NCBI GenBank assembly: GCA_028285795.1
Contig: JAPYNL010000033.1
Location: 6,447 to 70,446 of the forward strand
Direction of reading: 5' to 3'
Source of the DNA: Arenicellales bacterium
GTDB taxonomy: Bacteria > Pseudomonadota > Gammaproteobacteria > Arenicellales > Poriferihabitantaceae
Length of the DNA stretch: 64,000 bases
The translations under genes and the position numbers were made by a program. This document shows positions 29,666 through 39,271 of this stretch, piece by piece. Positions within the stretch are counted from its first letter, which is position 1, and every line of letters starts with the position of its first letter. The notes beneath the pieces were generated by a model. It saw only the letters and a list, made by a program, of their open reading frames with translations, searched no databases and was not told where the DNA came from.

Positions 29666-29856
29666 AGAAATAACCTCCGATTTGAGTTATATATCTCGGA
29701 CCAGCGTCACCAGACACCGGGACCGCTCCCGTTATTGATTTAGTTTTTTTCTTAATAAGAACGTAGTGCCTATAATACTCCTCTTGAGAGCCAACGTCAT
29801 GTTAATTTTTCATTAAGGAACGATTAAGATTTAGTTCAGCAAACGCAGGATTACGG

Positions 29857-30576
29857 ATGGATCTCGATAAAAACCCCCCTCCTGAATCGTTTCCGGCACT
29901 TCAATTGTGGGCAAAACGAAATATCAACCTATTGTTTTCCAGGGATACATGGATTACCTTTGGAGAATATATCGGGCTTGGACGCCCGGTCGGCAATCAA
30001 CCCATCTCTACTGTGCAGGAGCTGGCTGCCTTCGTAGCCAGCCGATCAAGCCATGTCGCCCAAAGCACACTCTACGGGTACTTGAAAACCCGTGCGGGCA
30101 CTCGCTTTCCTTCTCTCTTTGAAAACGCGGACATGCTGGCTTCGATCAATTTGGCAAAATGGCATATTTATGTTGCATGCATCTCGGACCTTGCCGCATA
30201 CATGGGGGTCTTGCTGCATCTTCGAACGGGTATGGAAAACCCCCGAATTGCGGATATCATGAACAGGACCGTTGAACAGATCATTGAAGATATTGGCATG
30301 CCTGATGAGGCTGGGGATGATCTGGGCGAGTCCTTCGAGACTCTGAGAATTCGTATCAGGAATATGGACTTTACAGATCATGAGGACGGCGAGGACATGT
30401 TTTCGGTAAGCCCCGCAGCTCTGTATCGATGGGCACCTATTGCTGATAACCTCAAACGTTTCGACAAAATACCGGTTGAGAATTCAGTACGCTTCAAATG
30501 GAAAGAGGTTCGAGACAAGGCCCGCAAGCTCCTGGATGCAGAAACATTACTCGCTACCGCAGAACCTGGCCGATAA
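29857..30576 (+). CDS. Hypothetical protein, 239 aa, no recognised family
   Basis: A clean ORF with an ATG start and protein-like composition. It has no TM segment or signal peptide and an acidic central region. I cannot assign it to a family by eye. Confidence 0.6.
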   Translation: MDLDKNPPPESFPALQLWAKRNINLLFSRDTWITFGEYIGLGRPVGNQPISTVQELAAFVASRSSHVAQSTLYGYLKTRAGTRFPSLFENADMLASINLAKWHIYVACISDLAAYMGVLLHLRTGMENPRIADIMNRTVEQIIEDIGMPDEAGDDLGESFETLRIRIRNMDFTDHEDGEDMFSVSPAALYRWAPIADNLKRFDKIPVENSVRFKWKEVRDKARKLLDAETLLATAEPGR

Positions 30577-30713
30577 GACAAAACCGAAGAGGAGTCCGGT
30601 CATCCATAAATCGGCCCTTTTCGTTGCCAGTTTTCCATACGCATGACGGGCCAATGCCTCAACAATACGCATTAATGGTCCAGTTTTGGCTCCCAACACG
30701 GTTATTGTCAAGT

Positions 30714-31763
30714 TCACGCTGCAGCGGGATGCTTGCATCGCAAGTGAATCGCCTGAATCGCAGTCTCGAGCTCATCAGACAGCGTGAGGTCTACGCTGTC
30801 AATATTCTGCTTCAACTGATCCGGATTTGTAGCGCCTATGATGTTCGAGGTAACAAATGGCCGGGAATTTACAAAAGCCAGAGCCATATCAGCGGGATGC
30901 AGGGAGTGACTCTCGGCAAGCCTGGCATACTGAACGATGCATTCCTTGGCTTGCTCACTCTCATATCGGGTCAGAAAATTCGGAAAAAGTGCTTTCCGGC
31001 TACCCGCCGGAGTCCTGCCGCCGATATACTTGCCGCTCAATGATCCCATCGCAAGGGGCGAGTAAGCCAACAGTCCGATGCCTTCGCGGAAGGCGTATTC
31101 ACTCAATCCGTGTTCATAGACCCGATTGAGCAGGCTGTAGGAATTCTGGACCGATACGATTCGCTGGCATCCCTGTTTGGAAGCCTCAAGGTACTGGCTG
31201 ACTCCCCAGGGAGTTTCATTGGATACCCCGATACACCGAACCTTTCCGGAATTCACCAGTTCAGTCATGGTTTCCATGGCCTCAAGTATCGGCGTCTCGT
31301 CTGCTGTCTGCTTGTGTACATACGATGCACCTGCTTCTCCCCATAATCCCAATCTGCGATCCGGCCAGTGGATCTGGTAAAGGTCGATATAGTCTGTATT
31401 CAGTCTCTTCAGACTGCCATGGATCGCTGCGATAATCTGGGCACGATTAACGCGAGTTTCACGGACATCCCGAATCCATGAGCGATCACTTCTTCCCGTG
31501 ACCTTGGTCGCCAGTACAACATCATGTCGTCGACCGGTCCGTTTGAACCAGTCTCCAATACAGCACTCCGTATCGCCCTGAGTCTCTTTACGAGGCGGCA
31601 CGGGATACATCTCGGCAGCATCCCAGAAATTGACCCCATGCTCCAGGGCATAATCCATTTGCGCCAATGCTTCCTCTCGGGTATTTTGCTCGCCCCAGGT
31701 CATGGTGCCCAGACAAATCAGGCTGACCTGTATTCCTGACTCTCCCAATTCGCGATATTTCAT
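30714..31763 (-). CDS. Aldo/keto reductase (Tas-like, NADP(H)-dependent)
   Basis: 349 aa. MKYRELGESGIQVSLICLGTMTWG...FWDAAEMY...IDLYQIHWPD is the AKR signature. Confidence 0.88.
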   Translation of the reverse strand: MKYRELGESGIQVSLICLGTMTWGEQNTREEALAQMDYALEHGVNFWDAAEMYPVPPRKETQGDTECCIGDWFKRTGRRHDVVLATKVTGRSDRSWIRDVRETRVNRAQIIAAIHGSLKRLNTDYIDLYQIHWPDRRLGLWGEAGASYVHKQTADETPILEAMETMTELVNSGKVRCIGVSNETPWGVSQYLEASKQGCQRIVSVQNSYSLLNRVYEHGLSEYAFREGIGLLAYSPLAMGSLSGKYIGGRTPAGSRKALFPNFLTRYESEQAKECIVQYARLAESHSLHPADMALAFVNSRPFVTSNIIGATNPDQLKQNIDSVDLTLSDELETAIQAIHLRCKHPAAA

Positions 31764-31957
31764 GCTTTCTCCCTTTACCCGGGTTGTGACCGGAAACGTC
31801 TTAGCAACTGCCTTATTCTACTCATGCTGCCGCCTATCTGGAACATTGCCGATCAATATCCGGTCAATCTACGGTCGGAACGGTTCATTCAAGGCATCAT
31901 GGCCTGCTCGCGCCAAATTGCGATATTATTGCCATTTTACGCCTGCCGTCCATTTGC

Positions 31958-32746
31958 ATGATCACGTCCAGCCAGACCATCTGCCAGTTCAGGGAATCCG
32001 GAGCAGTTGTGCTACGCGGATATTTCAAGGACTGGATCGAACCCCTGCGAACAGGAATCGAAAGGAACATGGCATCGCCAGGCCCATGGGTTCGTGATTA
32101 TACTGACTCCGAAAAGGGGCGATTCTTTGGTGATTACTGCAACTGGAAGCGCATTGGCGAATATCGCGATTTCCTGTTCAAGTCACCAGCCGCCAGAATT
32201 GCCCGGGAACTCATGGGAAGCCAGCAGGTCCGGCTATTTCATGAACACGTGCTGATCAAGGAACCCGGAACATCAATACCCACACCATGGCATCATGACC
32301 AACCCTACTATTGTGTAGATGGCAGGCAGAACTGCAGTATTTGGCTGGCACTCGACCATGTGCCGCATGAATCCTCGCTGGAGTTTGTTGCACGCTCTCA
32401 CCTTCTGAACAGGCTGTTCCAGCCCGAGCGATTTGATAAAAGCCCTCTTTATGAAGACTCTGAATATGCAACAGTACCCGACATTGATGCCAACCGCGAT
32501 TCACATGACATTCTGAGATGGGAGCTTGAAAGCGGTGATGCCGTTGCCTTCCATTTTCTGACCCTGCATGGGGCTCCCGGCAACCGTTCTCCCGAGCGGC
32601 GGAGACGGGCATTTTCCAGTCGCTGGATCGGGGACGACGCCGTGTTTGCGGTTCGGAAAGGACGGACATCGCCACCTTTCCCGGATTGCCGGCTTCGGCA
32701 TGGCGAGCCTATGCGCGGCGATGATTTCCCGTTGATTCCGGGTTGA
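31958..32746 (+). CDS. Phytanoyl-CoA dioxygenase (PhyH) family Fe(II)/2-oxoglutarate oxygenase
   Basis: 262 aa. It has the WHHDQPYY (HxD) facial triad region and a distal HG..N.S motif. Confidence 0.75.
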   Translation: MITSSQTICQFRESGAVVLRGYFKDWIEPLRTGIERNMASPGPWVRDYTDSEKGRFFGDYCNWKRIGEYRDFLFKSPAARIARELMGSQQVRLFHEHVLIKEPGTSIPTPWHHDQPYYCVDGRQNCSIWLALDHVPHESSLEFVARSHLLNRLFQPERFDKSPLYEDSEYATVPDIDANRDSHDILRWELESGDAVAFHFLTLHGAPGNRSPERRRRAFSSRWIGDDAVFAVRKGRTSPPFPDCRLRHGEPMRGDDFPLIPG

Positions 32747-32752
32747 GAAGGT

Positions 32753-33727
32753 TCAATGGGTTTTCCGATGATCCGCATTCATGCGGGAAGGTTTCGGGGG
32801 TGATGCATCGAAGACCATATTGTCAGCATTCAAGGCACAGAACTGTCGGCTTTTTGCCCGGGCAATCAGGGTAACCCCCAACTCTACCGCAAGCTCATAG
32901 CCCATGTTTGTGGTGCCGTTTCTGGACACCAGAACCGGGATTCCCATCAGAGCCGACTTCATCACGATTTCCGAAGTAAGGCGGCCAGTCGTATAGAAGA
33001 TCTTGTCATGTCCGGGCATGCCGTTAATCCACATCTCGCCAGAAATTGTATCCATGGCATTATGCCGCCCGACATCTTCAACAAACATCATCACTTCACC
33101 TGCCTGGCATAGCCCACACCCGTGTACGGAGCCCGCTGCACGGTAGGCCTTGTTGTAATCCTTGACTCGATTCAGGACTCTGTAAATTTCCGACTGCCTT
33201 ACTGTTGTTGGAGACAAGCGGTGCTCATAGAGCTTGTCCAGGGTACAGCTGAGTATGGTCCCCTGGCCACAGCCGGTGGTGACAGTCTTGCGCGATGTAT
33301 CGAAGCCTTGCAGTCCCTTGCCATCGCGGGTTGTAACTTCAGCAAGTTCACGGTCCCAATCCACCTGGACTGACTTGATTTGCCCGGGATGTTCAAACAG
33401 CGCCTGATTTCTCAAATACCCCAATACCAGAAGTTCCGGCCGACTGCCGAGAGTCATCAAGGTCACCAGCTCTTCGCTATCCACCTTGATTGTGAGCGGC
33501 AACTCATCAACGATATTGATCTGCTGGTCTATCCCATACTGGTTTTTGGAATTCACCTGATGAATGGATTCCAGTCCCTCGTGGGTGAGTTCCGGCAACA
33601 GGCCAAGATAGGGGTCTGAACTGCTGTAGCGAACTTGCTCAACAGAAACTTCCGAAGACGGGACGGATCGTGTCATAATTGAAGATGGAAACCAAACGGT
33701 AATTTTCGCTATGTCGGGACCTGCCAT
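32753..33727 (-). CDS. fdhD: Formate dehydrogenase accessory sulfurtransferase FdhD
   Basis: GCGQGT, GSVHGCGLC, EDVGRHNAMD and LVSRNGTT follow the FdhD pattern. The start is uncertain: ATG at 33727 or at 33676, and neither has a clear SD. Confidence 0.85.
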   Translation of the reverse strand: MAGPDIAKITVWFPSSIMTRSVPSSEVSVEQVRYSSSDPYLGLLPELTHEGLESIHQVNSKNQYGIDQQINIVDELPLTIKVDSEELVTLMTLGSRPELLVLGYLRNQALFEHPGQIKSVQVDWDRELAEVTTRDGKGLQGFDTSRKTVTTGCGQGTILSCTLDKLYEHRLSPTTVRQSEIYRVLNRVKDYNKAYRAAGSVHGCGLCQAGEVMMFVEDVGRHNAMDTISGEMWINGMPGHDKIFYTTGRLTSEIVMKSALMGIPVLVSRNGTTNMGYELAVELGVTLIARAKSRQFCALNADNMVFDASPPKPSRMNADHRKTH

Positions 33728-33910
33728 GAATCAACAGGGAAAACAGGAGGACGGAAAAATCGATCCAATTAGCTGTCTGTTTCACGGTATTTCACTGATT
33801 TTAGCATTATCATTGAACGTTGATGTCAAATTTCAGCAAATTCTGCTTTTCGCGCTTTCATTCCACCGTCTCGAAATGCGGTAGGACCACGCTCCATGCC
33901 TGAATAAATC

Positions 33911-34441
33911 ATGCCCGAAATACAATTTGAAGCCTCTGAACGTGAAGTTGTCATGCCGGTTTCGGTAGCACTTCAAAGAAAACTGAATGCCGACAGTGCG
34001 TGGGGCCTGCCCCAGTGGTCGGCATATGCCATCATTTGCGATAGCCAGCCCAGCGTTGCAGCGGACAAGATGCGGATTCATGATGATGGCACTCATGTCC
34101 GATATCTATGGACCGGCATGTCGGTACACCTGTACAAGGATGGCAATGAAGGCTACTGGTACAATCTGCTTTCAGACATGCCTTATCTCTTTATTGTGTG
34201 TGATGGCAATCCGAACGACATGGAAATCGAGCCGGTTTTTGTAACCGCCAATCAGGATGAAGCTACCGGTGATATGGAGGCAGAACGGGTTGTGCTCGAA
34301 ATCCCGATGCCCGATGAAATGCGCAGTATTGTCGAGCGATACGTGGTTACTCATTATGTTCCCGAAACCAGGAAAAAGCGCAAACGCAAAGACTGGCTGA
34401 GTGAATCCGAATATGTCAAAAAAGCAGGCAACAGACACTGA
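33911..34441 (+). CDS. DUF3305-like protein
   Basis: 176 aa. Its size, its position next to fdhD and its pairing with a DUF3306-like gene fit DUF3305. This comes from my recollection of the family, not from a search. Confidence 0.5.
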   Translation: MPEIQFEASEREVVMPVSVALQRKLNADSAWGLPQWSAYAIICDSQPSVAADKMRIHDDGTHVRYLWTGMSVHLYKDGNEGYWYNLLSDMPYLFIVCDGNPNDMEIEPVFVTANQDEATGDMEAERVVLEIPMPDEMRSIVERYVVTHYVPETRKKRKRKDWLSESEYVKKAGNRH

Positions 34442-35003
34442 TCAGGAAGCCTTCCTGTCGCGCTGGTCCCGACTCAAGTCGGAGCATGCTGAGCAGGCTA
34501 TTGAAAATGAGCTTGCCAAAACCGGGGAAACGAAAGGTCAGCCGGACGCCGAGAGTGATGGAGAATCCGATGAGGAAGAACGAATTCTCACTGATGAAGA
34601 TATGCCGCCCATCGAAAGTCTCGATGAAAACAGCGATTATTCACTCTTCATGTCAAAGGGCGTCAGTGAAAACCTGCGCCGCATGGCTCTACGCAAGCTT
34701 TTTTCCCAGGGTGTATTCAATATCCGGGACGGCCTGGATGACTATGACGATGACTTCACGACCTTTGAATCGCTGGGCGATTTGGTCACCTCTGACATGA
34801 AGCACCGTGAAGAGATGAAGGAGAAAGCAAGGCAGAGAGAGCTGGATGAAGAGCAGCAGGAAGCTGCTGGTGACGATGAAGCGCCTGATACCGTCGAGAG
34901 TGAAGTCGAAACAGAACCCGAGGATGACAATGGGCCGGCAGCAGATACAATCGTTGACCAGACTGGCTCCGACAACAGCAAGGACGATAATCCATCCCCT
35001 TAA
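34401..35003 (+). CDS. DUF3306-like protein
   Basis: The N-terminal FLSRWSRLK motif and the central ALRKLF...DGLDDYDDDF motif recall DUF3306. The C-terminal tail is acidic. An alternative start lies at 34413. The gene overlaps the DUF3305-like gene. Confidence 0.5.
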   Translation: MNPNMSKKQATDTDQEAFLSRWSRLKSEHAEQAIENELAKTGETKGQPDAESDGESDEEERILTDEDMPPIESLDENSDYSLFMSKGVSENLRRMALRKLFSQGVFNIRDGLDDYDDDFTTFESLGDLVTSDMKHREEMKEKARQRELDEEQQEAAGDDEAPDTVESEVETEPEDDNGPAADTIVDQTGSDNSKDDNPSP

Positions 35004-35189
35004 TCCCTTCTCATTTCTTCCCGGTCCAATGCAGTTTCCATATGCAGTGGCAGACTCCAGCGGCTATTACCTGCGAGCCCTGCCCGGAGACCAGCCAAGC
35101 AACATGGCATACCCGAGCGGGGCATTGACTTCATGGCTGATCATGAACCGACTGACAGTCAGGACAGGAGATACGCAGATAAGCCAGGC

Positions 35190-38100
35190 TTACGAAGAAT
35201 ATGTCATTTTGCCGTTACCGGGATTGCGACTCTGTCGATGGTATTGAGAGAATTTGCTGCGGTCATACGCATACCGAATTGAGTCCGGACCATAACAGCC
35301 CTTGAGATTGTCCAGCAAGTGCTGATTGGGACGAATTTTCCAGTTCTCACCCAGCGATATACAGCCCGTGGTCCCCGCATACTGGGTGTATCGAATCTTG
35401 AGCGATACATGACCGTCTCGATGTTGCCCCAGCAATTCTTGCAAATGCTTGACGGCATTATCATCAAGCAAAGTCTCCCGCCATACCAACTCCAGGGCAA
35501 TCAGACCCTCATTTCTCAGCTCCTCCATGTCCATGAGCATGTTGGCAGTCAGCTGATAACGGTCAATCAAGTCATTGTGATCCCATTCGCCAATTGCAAC
35601 CAATACCCTTTCTTTTTCGATTTTGTTTATAAATTCCTGATACTTTTCCGGAAACAGTCGAATCTCAATCTGACGCCGGGCATCCTCAAGAGTAACCAGT
35701 CCGATTCGGCCTTTTTTTGAGTCGATACTGCGAATGTTCGTGACAATACCGGCAAACATTCCCTTTTTCGAACTGCTCAGATCCAGATCAGCAAGATCCT
35801 CGGTTATCACTTCCTTCAACTCCGACTTGTGCAGGTCAACAGGATGCCCGGTCAGATAAAAACCCAGAACCTCTTTTTCATTGGCTAAACGCTTGATTTC
35901 AGACCACTCCGGACACTCTTCAGGTTCAGGATGCATGAATGTCTTGTCGGTCATGCCAAACAGGTCGGATTGGCCGGCATTCGAATCGTCCTGCTGTTTT
36001 GTGGCCGCAGCCATCATATCCGGAATGTTTGCGACCAGTGAAGCACGGTTAAGCCCCATGCCATCCAAGGAGCCACTTTTTGCCAGGGAGTCCAGAGTTC
36101 GCTTGTTCAGCTTCCTCGCATCATACCGCTCGCAAATGTCATACAAATCCCGATAATCGCCATTGGCATCACGCTCATCGGCCAATTCTTCAACCAGCCT
36201 CATTCCGATTCCCTTGATTGAACCCAAGCCATAGGAAATGGTCATCTCGTCAAGAGGCCTGAAATCATAGTAGCTGGCGTTGATATGAGGAGGCTTGACA
36301 ACCAGTCCCATCAACCTGCATTCGCTCAGGGTAGCAATAACCTTGTCGGTGTTGTTGATCTCCGAAGTCAGAGTTGCCGCCATGAATGCTGCCGGATAAT
36401 GGGCTTTCAGCCAGGCTGTCTGGTATGCAACCAGGGCATATGCCGCCGAATGCGATTTGTTGAAGCCGTAGCCAGCAAATTTTTCCATCAAGTCAAAAAT
36501 GTCGGTGGCTGTCTTTTCCCCTACGCCCTGGCCGATTGCTCCAGATACAAATGTCTCGCGCTGCTTCGCCATCTCTTCAGGCAGTTTCTTGCCCATGGCC
36601 TTTCTCAGTATGTCGGCTCCGCCAAGAGTATATCCAGCAAGTGTCTGTGCAGTCTTCATCACCTGCTCCTGATACAGAATCACTCCATACGTCGATTCAA
36701 GAGTCGGCTCAAGGCGCTGATCAAGATACCGGACTTCCTTTCTCCCCGCTTTCCTGTCAATGTAGTCATCAACCATCCCAGACTGGAGAGGGCCGGGTCT
36801 GTACATCGCAATCAGAGCGGTCAGATCTTCAAAGGTATTCGGACAAGCCCGCAAGATCAAATTCTTCATGCCTTGCGACTCAAGCTGAAACACCGCCGTA
36901 GTCCGGCCGCTTTGAATCAAGCGATAGGTATCTTCATCATCAAGCGGCAAATTGTCGATATCAAGAATGCCTTCACCGCTTCTTGTCCTTTCCTGGTTGA
37001 CCAGCTTGACCGCCCTGTCAATGACGGTCAGGGTTCTGAGGCCAAGAAAGTCGAATTTGACGAGACCGATTGTCTCAAGGTCGTCCTTGTCAAATTGCGT
37101 AATGGCCTGATTCAGGCGTTCATCGGAATACAACGGAGTAAATTCAATCAGGGGACTCGGAGCAATCACCACGCCACCCGCATGCTTTCCCACATTACGC
37201 GATATGCCCTCGAGCTCCATGGCCCTGTCAATCAAGGTCCTTACCTGTTCTTCTGCCTGATAAACCCGTCTCAATTCTTCTTCGCCGGCAAGAGCTTTCT
37301 CCAGCGTCATGCCCAGATCAAAGGGAATCAGCTTGGCAATTCGATCAACAAATCCATAACTAAGCCCGAGCACACGACCGACATCCCTCACTACTGCCTT
37401 TGCCGCCATGGTGCCAAACGTAATGATTTGGGCAACCCGGCTCTTTCCATACGTCTTCGAAACATATTCAATAACCCGATCACGGCCGTCAACACAGAAA
37501 TCAATGTCGAAATCCGGCAATGAAATTCGTTCGGGATTCAGAAAGCGTTCAAAAATCAAGCCATGTCTGATCGGATCAAGTCGGGTAATTCCCATGGCCC
37601 ATGCAACCAGAGAGCCCGCCCCTGAACCACGGCCAGGGCCAACCGGAACCCCATTATTCCTTGACCACTCGATGAAGTCGGCTACAATCAGGAAGTAACC
37701 GGAAAAACCCATCTTGGTGATGATGTCAAGTTCCATCTCAAGACGCTTGACATACACGTCATCAATCAGCGGATTGCCATCTGCATCGCGTATCCCGGGC
37801 TGGCCCAAAAGCCTGGATAGACCCTGCTCCGACTTTTCAAGCAGTAACTGCTCTTCAGACCTGTCACTGGCTCCTGGAAACTTTGGCAAATAATCCTGGC
37901 CAAACTCGACAAACAGGTTGCAGCGTTTTGCGATAACCGCTGTATTCTCGAGCGCAATTGGAATGTCCCCGAACAGCTCTTCCATTTCCCTTGAAGAACG
38001 CAAATACTGCCCGGGCGTATAGTTTCGTGGCCGCCTCTTGTCTTCCAGAACATTCTTGTTGTTGATGCAGGTCCTGATCTCGTGTGCCTCAAACTCATTC

Positions 38101-38717
38101 CGGTTGAGAAAAACCACGCGGTTCGTGGCAACGACCGGAATACCTGTCTGGAGTGAATGCTTGACAGCAAGAGCGATGTATTCCTCCTCATGCTGCCAGC
38201 CAATCCGGCTGACTGCCAAATAAAGACGGTCAGTAAAAATCTTTTGATATCCACCCAGTATGTTCAGGCATAACTCGTCATCCAGATCTCCATCCAGGGC
38301 AGCCAGCGGTCCTTCCCGATCATCAAGCAAACACAATAAACCTTCCGACCGTTCTTCAAGCTCCAGCCACTGAATGAAGGGATTGGAAGACCTCTCACTG
38401 TCCAGATAGACATCACTTAACAAGTTGCTGAGGTTAAGGTATCCAGCCTTGTTCTGACAAAGCAGAATCATTCGATGCCGACTCGATGTATCGGGATGGG
38501 CAACCCATACGTCACAGCCAATAATCGGTTTCAGCCCGGCATCCACACAGCCCCGATAGAATTTCACCAGAGCATATGTGTTGGTCAGGTCAGTCAGGGC
38601 AACTGCAGGCTGCTCAAAGGTCCTGCATTGATTTACCAGCTCACGGATTCGCACTATGCCATCCGATAAGGAATACTCGGAATGAATATTGAGGTGAACG
38701 AACTCTTTCATTGACAA
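35190..38717 (-). CDS. dnaE: DNA polymerase III alpha subunit
   Basis: 1175 aa. It has the PHP domain start FVHLNIHSEYSLSDG and the polymerase core motifs. Confidence 0.97.
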   Translation of the reverse strand: MSMKEFVHLNIHSEYSLSDGIVRIRELVNQCRTFEQPAVALTDLTNTYALVKFYRGCVDAGLKPIIGCDVWVAHPDTSSRHRMILLCQNKAGYLNLSNLLSDVYLDSERSSNPFIQWLELEERSEGLLCLLDDREGPLAALDGDLDDELCLNILGGYQKIFTDRLYLAVSRIGWQHEEEYIALAVKHSLQTGIPVVATNRVVFLNRNEFEAHEIRTCINNKNVLEDKRRPRNYTPGQYLRSSREMEELFGDIPIALENTAVIAKRCNLFVEFGQDYLPKFPGASDRSEEQLLLEKSEQGLSRLLGQPGIRDADGNPLIDDVYVKRLEMELDIITKMGFSGYFLIVADFIEWSRNNGVPVGPGRGSGAGSLVAWAMGITRLDPIRHGLIFERFLNPERISLPDFDIDFCVDGRDRVIEYVSKTYGKSRVAQIITFGTMAAKAVVRDVGRVLGLSYGFVDRIAKLIPFDLGMTLEKALAGEEELRRVYQAEEQVRTLIDRAMELEGISRNVGKHAGGVVIAPSPLIEFTPLYSDERLNQAITQFDKDDLETIGLVKFDFLGLRTLTVIDRAVKLVNQERTRSGEGILDIDNLPLDDEDTYRLIQSGRTTAVFQLESQGMKNLILRACPNTFEDLTALIAMYRPGPLQSGMVDDYIDRKAGRKEVRYLDQRLEPTLESTYGVILYQEQVMKTAQTLAGYTLGGADILRKAMGKKLPEEMAKQRETFVSGAIGQGVGEKTATDIFDLMEKFAGYGFNKSHSAAYALVAYQTAWLKAHYPAAFMAATLTSEINNTDKVIATLSECRLMGLVVKPPHINASYYDFRPLDEMTISYGLGSIKGIGMRLVEELADERDANGDYRDLYDICERYDARKLNKRTLDSLAKSGSLDGMGLNRASLVANIPDMMAAATKQQDDSNAGQSDLFGMTDKTFMHPEPEECPEWSEIKRLANEKEVLGFYLTGHPVDLHKSELKEVITEDLADLDLSSSKKGMFAGIVTNIRSIDSKKGRIGLVTLEDARRQIEIRLFPEKYQEFINKIEKERVLVAIGEWDHNDLIDRYQLTANMLMDMEELRNEGLIALELVWRETLLDDNAVKHLQELLGQHRDGHVSLKIRYTQYAGTTGCISLGENWKIRPNQHLLDNLKGCYGPDSIRYAYDRSKFSQYHRQSRNPGNGKMTYSS

Positions 38718-39271
38718 ACTATCGATTTAACCGGCCTGTAGCTCTTTCTGTGAAACTCGGTAACGCCCAGAGCCTTGAGTGCCTGAATATGTTTCCGGGT
38801 GGGATAGCCCTTGTGGTGCTCAAAACCATATCCGGGAAAGTGCTCTGCCAGTTCCAGCATGTAGCGATCTCTAGCGACTTTTGCAAGAATGGAAGCCGCA
38901 GAAATTTCCTTGTGCAGACGGTCACCCCCGATAACTGCTTCACAGGGAAAATCCACTTCTATGGCATGACACCCATCAACGCGAACCATGCCAATTTCAT
39001 GATTTAATCCCTCCACTGCTTTTTTCATGGCAATTAGGCTTGCCTGCAGTATATTGATCCTGTCGATCACCTGTACGGAAACCTGCTCAACGTTCCAGGC
39101 CATTGCCCACTGTTTGATCTCGAGTTCCAATTCACCCCTCCTCTTGGGCGAGAGCCTCTTTGAATCATCCAGACCGCCAATGAACCGGTCCCGGTCCAGG
39201 ATAACTGCCGCTGCGAATACGCCTCCGGCAATCGGTCCCCGACCTGCTTCATCAACACCGGCGATCAGCAT
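38708..39271 (-). CDS. rnhB: Ribonuclease HII
   Basis: 187 aa with the catalytic start GVDEAGRGP and the DDSKRL motif. Confidence 0.95.
   Translation of the reverse strand: MLIAGVDEAGRGPIAGGVFAAAVILDRDRFIGGLDDSKRLSPKRRGELELEIKQWAMAWNVEQVSVQVIDRINILQASLIAMKKAVEGLNHEIGMVRVDGCHAIEVDFPCEAVIGGDRLHKEISAASILAKVARDRYMLELAEHFPGYGFEHHKGYPTRKHIQALKALGVTEFHRKSYRPVKSIVCQ

Noticed and set aside
36285-37523. A 412-aa ORF on the plus strand, the longest unassigned ORF in the track.
   Set aside because: It is entirely antisense to dnaE, in the stop-poor shadow frame. It is rich in Arg, Ser and Cys and has no recognisable motifs. The same applies to 15129-15914, 6938-7657, 46266-46970, 20809-21423, 5561-6166 and 60107-60712.
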